A stretch of 64,000 nucleotides of DNA from a virus, in the IMG/VR virus record IMGVR_UViG_3300017973_000001, positions 32,001 through 96,000 of that record; one strand, written 5' to 3'. The notes below the pieces were generated by a model that saw nothing but the letters and a program-made list of their open reading frames with translations, was not told where the DNA came from and did no database searches. Below, one piece after another: positions 38,822-49,917 of the stretch (position 1 is the first letter of the stretch; each line of letters begins with the position of its first letter). The translations under genes were made by a program, and so were the position numbers.

Positions 38822-41800
38822 CTAGTTTTTAACCATTGTTGCTAATACTTCAGCTACTTCTTTAGTTATCTCGGCTACTTTTTCTACATCACCGTCAAAC
38901 TTTTCAATTAGTTTATCTACTATCTCATGAGCTTGAGGTGTATCAACCTCTTTCTCATCAACCCATTCCTTACTTACGTCATTATAAGTGCTATCCAACT
39001 TTGTTTGAATGAAGTCATATATGTCTGAGTAGTGTTTATCTTGGAGTTCCCCTAAAAGTTCGTCTACTTTATCTAGGTCATGTAAGTTTTCTTTTTTAAC
39101 TTCATCATCAACTTGAGTTCTATCTTCAATAATCGTCGCCATAGCAACTTCATGAATAGCGTGTGATAAGATAGTGCCATTTGGGTTCTTAGCATAAACT
39201 TTAAAGTATACTCCATGATCGTGGTCCTTAACAACTTCGATAGAGTCTATTTTAAAAAATCCTAATCTACCAATTAGGAAATTTTTAAGTTGAGAACTAC
39301 TCGCTAGACTGAACACTTCTGTTACAGTTTGCCATTCTAAACCCAGTTCTTTAATAACATCATCAACACTTACTAGAGTTTCAACGTAAAAATTAGTTGT
39401 CGTTTTCATAATATCTCCCCTTAAATGTATTGGTCAAACGATACTTTTCTGATTGTGCCTCTTTCTAGGTTGCAAAGAAACAATTTACCTCGGCCACTAT
39501 CAATGTAATGGCCCCGTGCTTTTTGGATAATTTTTATATACTGCTTACCACCGTCAGTATCAATACTGTCCATGAGGTGGGTACCACACGTATGGACAAA
39601 CCAAAGGAATTGCTTTTCGTTATTCTCAACCACTTGCTCAATCCTTGCCATATCATGAATGTAGAAATCATCTTGATAGTGCTCCATGATAGATTTAACT
39701 TTTTTCTCCATGCCTTCTTTTAATTTTTCTAGTTTCATAGTCTCCTCCATATGAAAATCCCTCCCGGAAGGGGGAGGGGGGTAGCTTTTACCTCTTTTAT
39801 ATTACATTCTCGATTCTACCCTCTAAATAATTTTTGTATTCGTCTACTTTGTTAAGATCGTTAGTTAATATGATAGTATAATTGCTTTCCCATACATTTT
39901 TTGTAGTTACTATTGCAATAATATATTTAGCTACATTTTTATTAATATTAATTCTTTCAGCGTCATAAAAAATATAACTATCTAAAAGTGTACCTTCAAA
40001 ACATTGACATTCAATGTCTAACTTTACTGATAAAGATAACACTTCTTCTAATTTATCAGAACTAACATTATTTATCTTAATCATACAGTATCCTTACCTC
40101 CAACTTTCACATGCTTTTTCCAATATTTCTGTGGTAAAGTAATAACTTTATATGTGTAACCTTGTTGCCTAAATGCAAGTTTGTATTCACGCATTAAGTG
40201 GTCTCTATCTGCTTTATCTTCTGCATAATCAAGATGTTCATATGCTCTATCATAAGGTGTTTTAACTAACAACTGAAACATATATCCTTGTTGTGGGTCA
40301 TAAGCTTTTGGGTGTGCCATAATATCCATCCTTTCTAGTTTATATTTAAGGCTTTTCTATATTCCGGTTTGTCTAATATATACCATCCCATTAAATCACC
40401 TTGATTTACCGTAAAGAGTTTGTAACCATCTTTCAATGCTTGTTCTCCGGCTTCAGTATCACTTTTAAATTTTGCGATACCGTACTCATCTAAACAATCA
40501 AGTTTTTGTATGAGTTCTACACCATGTTGGCTATCATAAAAAACGGTGTAACCTCTCTTTAGTTCTTCGGTAGTCCACCCTTGTTCTTTAGAAATTTGTT
40601 CATAATCAACATTACCCATAATAAATACCTCCTAAAGTATTTTTGGAATTAGTAACTCCATGAGTACCCCTATGATCCAGGGAGGGGTACCTAGCAATCA
40701 CTAATTATTTTCGTACCATTCTTTCTGAGATTTAATTGCTTTATTTAAACCATGCTTAAGTTTTTCACTTGCATTAACCTCATCAATCGTAAGACATAAA
40801 GCGTCAAGTGTATCTTCTACATCATAGGTAATTACAAACTCATGATTTCCTAACTCATAGTTGAACATATCAAAGATATATCCGTCTCCCGTTTCATCAC
40901 CTTCAATAGCTTCTTGCCTTTCTTTTTCGTGTCTATTCATCATTTCTTTAAGTTTTTCTGAGTCTGTACGTTTGTAAAATCCACCAGTACCACTAAGGCT
41001 ATATATCTTATCTGTATCCTCCGGTTTTAGTCCAAATTTAGCCATACCTTCATTAAATTGTTCATTACTAAATGCGAAAAACATAGGAAACTCATTAACC
41101 TCTTTTTGTTGTTTATCTTTCAATACTGTATATGCGTTCATTTTAAAATTCCTCCTCATAGTTAAACCCTCCCGGAAGGGGGAGGGCATATTTATTTTAT
41201 TTAACTTCACTAAAAGCTACTAAGTCCTCTAATGCTTCATTCCCGTAAGATACTTGTGTTTCATGGAAACCCCTTTTAACAGACTTGATAAATTTATCTA
41301 CATTTTCATCACTAGTAGGTAAGCCTTTTTTCTCAAGTGCTGACTCAACATCTTCTCTACTCCAACGGATAGTATCAAATACAGTAGATACATCACGAAT
41401 TTCTTCAATGATACCCATACAACCTAATAAACTTCGGATTTCACTCTCACTAAAATTAGTGTCTATTGTAATACTATATTTCATTTCCCAATTCCTCCTA
41501 GTCTAATGTAGTAACTGCATATAACTTTTCACTGGTATATTTTTCTGCAATTAATATAATTCTATCTACCATCTTTCTCTGAATATTGGTAGACTGTGTG
41601 AAAATAGGTAGGTCGATCTTCAACCATTTTGGGCGTTTAAATTCTGTATGTTCTAATAAGGTAACTCCGTTATTAAACTCCTCATTAGTGGTATAGATTT
41701 TAACCCACCCACTATCTAAACCGTACTGGTTTTCATCAAGACCTTTAACAGTATCAGCTATTTCACCTTTATACGGTTCAATACATTCTTTGATACGATT

Positions 41801-44800
41801 TTCAAAGTTTGTGATTGAGTCATTCAGCTCCGATAACTCAAGTTCACCCATTTGCTTAGTCTTGAATGAAGCTTGAATGGTTTTAGCTATTCTACTATCC
41901 ATGCGACCTTCACATAGTTTAGTGAACTCATCACGGGTAACACTTTCATCTGTGTACACTTCAGACCAACCGGACTCAACTAATAAAATTTGGTTTGCAT
42001 ATAAGCCGTAACTCATAAGATATTTATTCCCGGTTTTATTAATCTCATATCGGTAGATAAAAGGACAGTCACGATTCCACCAATCATATACAAACTTAGG
42101 TGTTAAACTAGGGGAGTAATTAATTTCATCATTTAGCTCAAACCCATAGAATGTATCAATACTGTTTTCATCAATCTCAACTTCATTTAGGTAAGGTCTA
42201 ATCTCATTTACACGAAGGAAATATTCTAGGAATTTGAGATTAATAGATAGATTGTATTCACCAACTGTATTGTGTCTAACAATACATCTACTAGGTACTT
42301 TAAATTGGGTTGTACCATCTAAAAACTTCATTCTTACTCTAATCACTGTACTGCTAGCTTTCTCAATCAAAAGCTTTATCTTTTTCACATTAGGTCCTCC
42401 TTGTGCTCAGTGGCACTAATTTAGGTAATAGTTACCCCATAGTACTCACAACTATTTTCCGTTCGTTGTGAGCACTAGCAATAACTATTAAGTCACTGCA
42501 ACCTATAATCCAAAAACAATTAGGAGTTGGAGTGTTTGACACTCCTTGATACACCCCACCCGTGGATCATAAGGGGGGAGGTGCATTAGGAATTTCAAAC
42601 TCACTTAATGTAAGCGTATTGTGGTGTACGTTCACCTAACTTGTACCCAATTAGGTCAGTATATTCTTGTTCGATAATATGAGGATTCTCTTTTAGTAAG
42701 TTAGCCTTAGCTTCTTCAATATCAGCTCCAGTAGAAAACCCTAATACTTGATAGTTTTCACATTCATCACCATCTTTAGGGGGAAGGGTAACTCCTTGTT
42801 CATTAATGAATATCCAGTGTTGAACGCCCTCATGCTTTTGTTTCATTTTCTATTTCCTCCTTATTTTCCTCACCTAAATTGTGTACATCAAACACATCTC
42901 TTACTTTTTCCATTATTTCTTGCTTATCTGTTAATCGGTTATTTCCTTCTTCGCCAAAATCTTCACCCTCGAACAATTCCATAAAACTAACTGCGTCATC
43001 TAATGCCCAGTACAACATAACAATTAGTCTATCCTTATCCGAGGCTTTCTCAATACATCGTTCAGAACAGAAGTTAGAACTTCCAATACACCAACCTTCT
43101 GTAAACCCATTATGGCAAACTGTACACTCTCTCACTTTCACTGGTTTTCCTCCTTATTTCCCACCCCGGAGGGTGGGGGCTCCTATTAAAGTATTCCTCG
43201 TTCTACTAGCATATCGTCAATTTCACAAGTGTAAGCGTCCCATACCCACTCTTTAAGTCTACCGTTATCATCAAGGATACTTCTATCATTAGGTAAGTCC
43301 TCACCTTGTATTGTGAACAAGTGCTCCTCACCTTCATCTACTACAATAATTTCGTCACGTCTAGGTGAGTATTGCACTTCAAAGTACGTCCAAGTAGAAG
43401 GCCACCCTAGAATTACCTCTACACTCTCTAAGTCCATGTGCTTTAAACCAATAAACGAATACATATGGTCTACGATAGATATTCCATTCGTCGCAACCCA
43501 CCACTCATTACCAACACATGAGTAATAATGTAACTCTCTACCTTGAGGGTCTACATACTCATGCACATCACTACGTAAATCGAACGTTAATACTTCACCT
43601 TTCTCATCACGGACAACTTCAATTTTTCCGTAAAATTCTTCATCACTCATTCTTACAAGCTCTGTAACTGCTGACATATTAATTTCCTCCTTGTGCTCAA
43701 TGGCACTCTAGTTTTTGAAGTATAGGTAACTCCATGAGTACCCCCCGGATCGAGGGAGGGGGTACCTAGCAACTACCTATTGACGATTACCTTAATTAAT
43801 CCCCGTTTAAATCGTTATAATTAATCATGCTACGGCAAGCTCTTAATTGGTGTTCTAGTTCTTCTTTATCAACTTCAATCCCTGTATCCTGAATCCCTTT
43901 GAATACGAATAGTGAAACAACAGTTAGAAAGGTGTCGTACTGTTCAATTTCACTAAGAACTTGATTGATTTGTTCAGTTGTTAAGTTTAGATTAAGTATT
44001 TCTTTTGCAATCACTTCTACTTCATTACGAATTGAAAAATCTGTTTTGTTCATGCGTTCACCTCATTCATAAGTTTTTGTTCTTTACAACGCTTACGCCA
44101 GTTGAGAGCGTGTTTATTTTCTGTAGGGGAGAGCTTCAGTAATATATGGTCAGTCGCTCCAAAGTAGAAAGGCATAACACTCTCGTCCATTATTTTATAC
44201 GAAACTTCATTACCTTTTTGTTCAGTTAAAACAATAACTCCCACAACTTTTCCAGTGTGGGAGCTCTCTACTGCTAAATATACGGTTGTACCTACTTGCT
44301 CTGAAGCTTTTACCTTGACTTCATTTTCTTCTATCATATCAACTACAAATTTCTCAACACTAACTCCACTTGAAATACTTTCTGTCCACCAACCCATTAT
44401 TAATTCCTCCTTTATTCAACCCAAAAGTAAGCATAAATTTCTTCGTTATCGTTATCCTCTTGGCAATAAGCCAGTACTTGCTCATCACCTCTAAGTAAAA
44501 ACGCTTGTATCTTATAGGTTTTTTCAGTTTGACTATCGAACACTGGTATTGAACCACCGACTACCCAAAGAGCGTCATGCTCACCGTGATGGCTACCACT
44601 AATAGGAGCTACCTCGTAATCAAAAGAATATTCAAGTTCAGTTAATATACACTCTACTATTCTTTGAATACCCATAAACTCTACGAAGTTCAGTTTTTCT
44701 TTAAGGTTACTTAAATCAACGTCTTGACCAACTTTTTCTAATTCCCACATAATGAGACCTCCTAAATATATTGGAGTATAGGTAACTCCATTGAAAGCCC

Positions 44801-47355
44801 ACCGGTGGGGGTGGACTCTCTAGCAACTACCTATTAAGCATTAACTGGTGAGCCTACTGGTTTATATACATTCAACCCAATTTTGATACCGTCTTTACCG
44901 GGCACTGATTTATTTCCTTGTGTGCTTGCAATAATTTGTGACTTACCACTTGATGATAAACCGTAGTCTTTATCAAGCTCAACCACGATAGTTAATTTGT
45001 TACCTTTGATTGTCATTTGTACGTTTTGCATTATAATTTCCTCCTATGTGCTCAACGGCACTCTGTTTTAGAGTTGATAACTCCACAAGTACCCCCATGA
45101 TCCAGGGGAGGGGTACCTAGCAACCATCAACGATACATTACTTCAATCCTAGATAGGTCAACGTGATTTTTACCTACTAAGAATCCAACCCTATCAGAAA
45201 TTCTCCAACCATTATCGACGGTAAAGTGTACATTACCACGTACAGTATATACATATGACTCACCGTGTTTTTCTTTCACTTGCTCCAACAATGCTTCAGC
45301 TTCTTTACTGGTAGCTATCTCGTAGTTACCATGTTCATCTACTACTAAATCTGCTTTTTCCTTAAATTCCTCAAACGTCATAGTATTCCCTCCTTAATTA
45401 ACACGTCCCACAATAAGAGATTGCAAGTTCTATAGGGTTTTGTCCAGGGTCATCATGCTCAGTTCCGATAAAGTCACGTCTGCATATATCACAAGTATCC
45501 CAAACAATGCCAACCTCGTTGTTAACGTGGTTAAGCAGTATGTTATAAGGTTTCTCATATCCATGTACGAACTGAGAAGGGATGAGTTTAACTGTTTCTC
45601 CAAATTGTTGCGTAGTTCCTAAAGCCATTTTGTTGAACCTCCTTGTCGTCTGATGAAGTTCTGTAATTCCTTAATACGTTCGTTATTCTTCTTCAGCTTC
45701 TTGAAATCATAGTCAATACCCATGTTTTCAAATTCAAGGTTACGTATCTCTCTTTCAGCTTGTTCGATTGTCATATGAGAACCCTCCGATTTTAGTTTTT
45801 GGGTAGGCCCCCGTGGATCATAGGGGGTGGGGGGGGGCTACCAATTAGTTAGTTACTTTTGCCAACCATAACCAACTTCCTCTAAGTATTCTAAAAACTC
45901 ATCTAATACGTTGTTCATCTTAAAGCCTCCTAAAGTTTTTGGATTGATAACTCCATGCTATCTCCACCCATTGATGAGGAGGGTGGAAATACGTAGCAAT
46001 TATCAATCAGCTACTATTGTGTAAAGGTTACAGTTCTCGATAGTCTTACTAGTTCCATTAGCAAACCCAATAGCTCTTACATTTTCAGTGCCAGTATATT
46101 TCACATCTACACAAGTCTGCTCATCACCAGGAGCCATTACACATAATGTTACATACTTACCGTGAGGTAATTTCACTGATAAGGTGTGCATAGAGTTGCC
46201 AGTTCTTGGGGCTAACCCCGATAAGTCTATAAGTGAGTGGTCACAGTTATTGAAGGTAGGATATGTCTTAATATCTAACTCCTCCATTAGCTCCGGTGTA
46301 ACCGTACCGATATAAACTTTCTTCTTTAAATCGATTGCCATTGTAAATTCCTCCTATATGGTTGTTTTGGATTAAGGGTAGGTACCCTTATTGGAGCTCC
46401 CACTGGTGGGGGCAACCTAAAGATTACCTACATGAATAATGGCATGATGATGAAGAATATAATAGATAACCCACATATACCTCCAACTGCTAACCCTATA
46501 AGGAGTGTGTTCAGTATGTCTTGACCTCTAAGTACATAAGCTTTCTTAAGTAGGGTAGTATCACCATCAAATACACGCTCTGTTAATTCGTTCAAACTAC
46601 CTTTGCCATACTGTATAGGTCTTGAATTAGGTTGAGCACCTTCACCCATACGGATTTTTGCTAACTTTTCACTAACTGTCATCATTAAAATTACCTCGTT
46701 TCAATTTTCTGATTTTTTACACTCATAATTTTACGGTTACATAAAAAAGAGAGCCGATAATGATACGGTTACACCGTACATATTTACCGACTCTAAAAGG
46801 GGACCTAATAGATACTTATATGGGGTATCTGTTCAAGGCACTAAAACAGTACCTTTACGCAAGAATGGGGGACGGGGAATGTACCTTTTGGGGTGTGAAT
46901 ATAATAGCTTCTTGCTCCCAATTTAGTACACTCATATAACTTACCTTCCTCAATACGGTATCTAGTACCTTCCCATTTAACTACGCAACTTTTAATAGCT
47001 CTAATCATGTTCAACACTCCTTTTAGTATTTTGAACACATACTCCATAAAAAGTTCAGTCTACAACTCTACCCCTATTCACAAGGGAGGGGGGGGGCTTA
47101 AAGCTGACGTACTCTACTAACAAAACTCATAGTATAGTTCATATATAGAGTACATATAGATACAAGTCCATCACGTAACCTATTACTCTCTTTCTCTGCT
47201 AACTTCTCAATACGTTTGTTCACGCTATGTACAAACTCTGCTGAATACATTACTCTAACTCTCTCAATACAAGTCAGTCCTTCAATTACTTGCTGAGCCA
47301 CTGACTCCACATTTTCCATATATTCCTCTATATCTAACGTAAATAGTCTCATCAT
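38822..47355 (-). other. early (host-takeover-like) cluster of ~22 small CDS (38822-39409, 39421-39738, 39797-40084, 40081-40329, 40335-40619, 40701-41141, 41197-41484, 41498-42388, 42601-42846, 42830-43141, 43186-43677, 43796-44053, 44050-44397, 44412-44750, 44834-45031, 45127-45381, 45398-45628, 46003-46341, 46428-46685, 46841-47008, 47098-47355)
   Basis: same strand, mostly strong AGGAGG RBSs, separated by GC-rich stem-loops. Confidence 0.75.
46743..46794 (-). terminator. intrinsic terminator inside the early region
   Basis: AGAGUCGGUAA...UUAUCGGCUCU stem followed by U-tract. Confidence 0.7.
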
Positions 47356-47833
47356 AATACCTCCGGTTATAGTTTAGTTCCTTATGAATACGGGTTGAGT
47401 TGTAGACTGATATAATAGCCAACCCAAAGAACCCCCAGGAGGTGGGGGCGGGCTGACCTTGAAGCACAATCAAGACATATAATCATATACATATAGACAC
47501 TATACACACTCACTCTCTCTATAGAGTCCTCACTAGCACCATACGTACAACATCACCGGTTTCTTTGAAACCTACTCCGTACCAATAGATAGGGTTGTAC
47601 CATGAGAATGTGTAGGACTCGACGTTGAGAATGATAGTGTAAGAGCCTCCGGATATGGAGAGTTTATGGTATGGGTACATAGAATCTGAGAGTGATACTC
47701 TAGCTAAATGCGTTCCAAACTACGAAACTCGTAACCATGCCCAAAAGCTCGACTTTATGCTTAATCTCATAATATCCATTATGTGCTTAGCCTTGCTACT
47801 AACAAGAGACACCTAACGGTGTCCCTACTTTGC

Positions 47834-48325
47834 TTACAGATACGGTAGGATTCTCTCTTGTTGCTCCACTGTTAAGTCGTGGAACTTGCTTATGTCTTTG
47901 TTCACTAAGTCGATTAGTATTTGAGTACCTTTATCGACAAGGGGTTTGCTAGCCTTAGCTTCTTGTCTTTCAAGTGTAATCTGTTTAATTTCTTCCTTTT
48001 GCTTACGTGCTGATACTTCTTTCTTAATATCCTCGTCGCCTACTATTGCGAATACTTGAAGTTTGATATGTTCATACCCAGGAGCCTTCAGCTTTATCCA
48101 TGCACCACTATTACCTACTGCATATGATTTACCACTACCACTTCTAGGCATTTTCTCTAGGTTCTGAAGCATTGTGTCCATATCCCATCCAGTTAAGTCC
48201 ATAGACATTTTAAGCTTCTTAGATGTAGAATCCACACCTATCTTTAAGTTATGTACTGGCTTAGGTGCTTTTTCGCCTTTTACCTTAGTGTCTACTACCT
48301 TGTTTTGTTGATTAACTACTGTCAT
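47834..48325 (-). CDS. first gene of the early region; related to 44834..45031
   Basis: AGGAGGT RBS; SGSGKS...PG...IKLQV pattern. Confidence 0.8.
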   Translation of the reverse strand: MTVVNQQNKVVDTKVKGEKAPKPVHNLKIGVDSTSKKLKMSMDLTGWDMDTMLQNLEKMPRSGSGKSYAVGNSGAWIKLKAPGYEHIKLQVFAIVGDEDIKKEVSARKQKEEIKQITLERQEAKASKPLVDKGTQILIDLVNKDISKFHDLTVEQQERILPYL

Positions 48326-48929
48326 GTTAATGACCTCCTATTGTTTTGTTATTGGATTATAAGGGTTAGATAGCCCTTGTTAGTAGCAAGGCAATATAAA
48401 GCCTTTTCCCCTATTTCGTCACCATGCCTCATAGACTTATTCGCTCTAACCCTTTCGGGGTTGTTATGGCGTACATACTCACGTATGTATTTTCCTATGG
48501 ACGGGGGAGCCGTTCGCAAGCCGGTAACTTCTTACTTGCTATCTCTAGTGGTTAGACTACTCACGTCTATATGTGGCGTAAGCCATAGACTGTTAATCTA
48601 GGTCACTATGAGGAGACCCAGTTCCTAGCCAATTAAGACCCGTTATTACAAGCTATCATATACACCAGTTTAATACGTGGGGTGTCAACCCTAGCATAGT
48701 GAGACTATGCCCGTACATTGAAGTAGTGTATAACCCTAACCCGTTTTTCACGTTTGGGAACTACAAGACCCGTTTCAGTGGGGTCAAACTACTATACATA
48801 GAGGGGGCAAGAAAACACGTTTTCCACGTCTTACCCCTTGCCAATGATGGAAGTGACACTTCAATCAAAGGAAAAGAAAGGGGGCTCGATACAGTACAAA
48901 CCTATTAAAAAGGCAACCCACTATGTAAT

Positions 48930-48942
48930 TTGTCAAAGAACA
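48930..48942 (-). promoter_or_regulatory. boxA-like antitermination element
   Basis: TGTTCTTTGACAA preceded by hairpins, ~100 nt from presumed start. Confidence 0.65.
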
Positions 48943-49035
48943 ATGAAACCGGGAATCTCAAGAACTTTGAAACCCGTAAAGCTATGAACGGGGCTAGGAG
49001 CTCCCCGTGTCGCAACCAACAACTCGTTTCGACAA

Positions 49036-49095
49036 CCGTTATGTATCACGCATTTCAAATCTTGTGTGCAATTTTTTTATTTATTTTATTTTTAT
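49036..49095 (-). promoter_or_regulatory. probable early promoter with A-rich UP element
   Basis: A-tracts then TTGCAC...TGATACAT; -10 spacing not canonical. Confidence 0.4.
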
Positions 49096-49587
49096 TTGCT
49101 CTGTTTTTGGTCATGCCGTGGGCATGAAGTGGAAAAGAGCCAAAACCCTTGATATATAAGGACCTACCCCAGTGCCTAGAGACAAATTTTTAACGAAAAT
49201 GGGCCGTGGTGGCATAACAACACCTACACAGTATTTTTGCTGAAGGGCAATTCGGTACAACCGTGCTTTTTCGGATCAATGACATACCATTGGTGTGTTT
49301 GGGGGAATTGGGGCGCTAAGGCTCCTGCGTAATTGGGAATTGGGGGTGGGGGAAAGTGGGAGATGTGGGAATGGTGAGACCCCGTTGGAGCGTTTCCGTG
49401 GGGCGTGAGGTGGGCCTGGTAGATCGTAAAAGTTTGGCATTTAGAATAGGGAACTTTTTGAAATCTGTAAAAGTTGTGGGTTTAGAATGGGTAACTTTTA
49501 CAATTCCGTGGTCCGGGCACCAGGTAGTGGGAGCATGTTGGAGTATCTTTCCTGGGGGCGTGAGCTGAGATCATTGGGAGTTCGGAA

Positions 49588-49675
49588 AAGTAGACATTAC
49601 CCTATAGGAAGTAGACATTACCCTATAGGAAGTAGACATTCTCTTATAAATATATTTATAGGAATATGTCTACTT
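49588..49675. repeat. 21-bp tandem repeats plus 46-bp imperfect palindrome
   Basis: AAGTAGACATTACCCTATAGG x2.5; central TATAAATATATTTATA. Confidence 0.85.
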
Positions 49676-49917
49676 TATGGGAAAAGTGCGAGACTCCTGT
49701 GGGTATAGTGGGGTGGGTGGGAACCAATGAGTGCGAGCAACCCGGAGTGATTGGGGGCCTGGTGCATGATCTATAATATAAAAACGGGGGAGTTGGGAAA
49801 TACGTGGGAAATATTTATACGGGAAAATTTTTACTAAAGGGTAAATATGGTAAAACCTATACTTTTCAAGGTTTTGGTGTGGTAAAATAAGGCTATAATG
49901 TAAACACGGGGGACAAC

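Larger units (their letters stand above)
36363..46430 (-). repeat. dispersed structured intergenic repeat (UUGCUA...UGGRG core)
   Basis: copies at 36363-36425, 40647-40706, 42426-42490, 43722-43780, 44778-44834, 45073-45131, 45942-46009; variants 42534-42600, 46379-46430. Confidence 0.8.
47400..49040 (-). ncRNA. candidate large structured RNA with a looped-out ORF
   Basis: ~1.1 kb non-coding, GNRA-capped hairpins, nested pairings across ORF 47834..48325, boxA near 5' end. Confidence 0.65.

Noticed and set aside
36363-46430. Intergenic stem-loops as integron attC sites or CRISPR repeats
   Set aside because: No RYYYAAC...GTTRRRY ends in gene orientation, no integrase in the window, and the spacers are whole genes
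46750-46775. GAGCCG...CGGTT resembling group II intron domain V
   Set aside because: Wrong length, no domain VI or GUGYG 5' end; better explained as the minus-strand terminator
48405-48440. CUAUGAG...CGAAA as a hammerhead ribozyme core
   Set aside because: Lacks CUGANGA and a proper stem II; CUAUGAGG is instead used in a long-range stem
47400-49040. Group I intron, tmRNA or RNase P RNA
   Set aside because: No correctly ordered P7 R/S pair, no interrupted host gene, and no tRNA-like ends or GAGGAAAGUCC seen by eye; an Infernal search is still needed
48377-49708. Plus-strand ORFs 48377-48601, 48699-48908, 48930-49127, 49356-49568, 49487-49708
   Set aside because: No RBS and non-phage codon usage; they reflect locally higher GC in structured or repeated DNA
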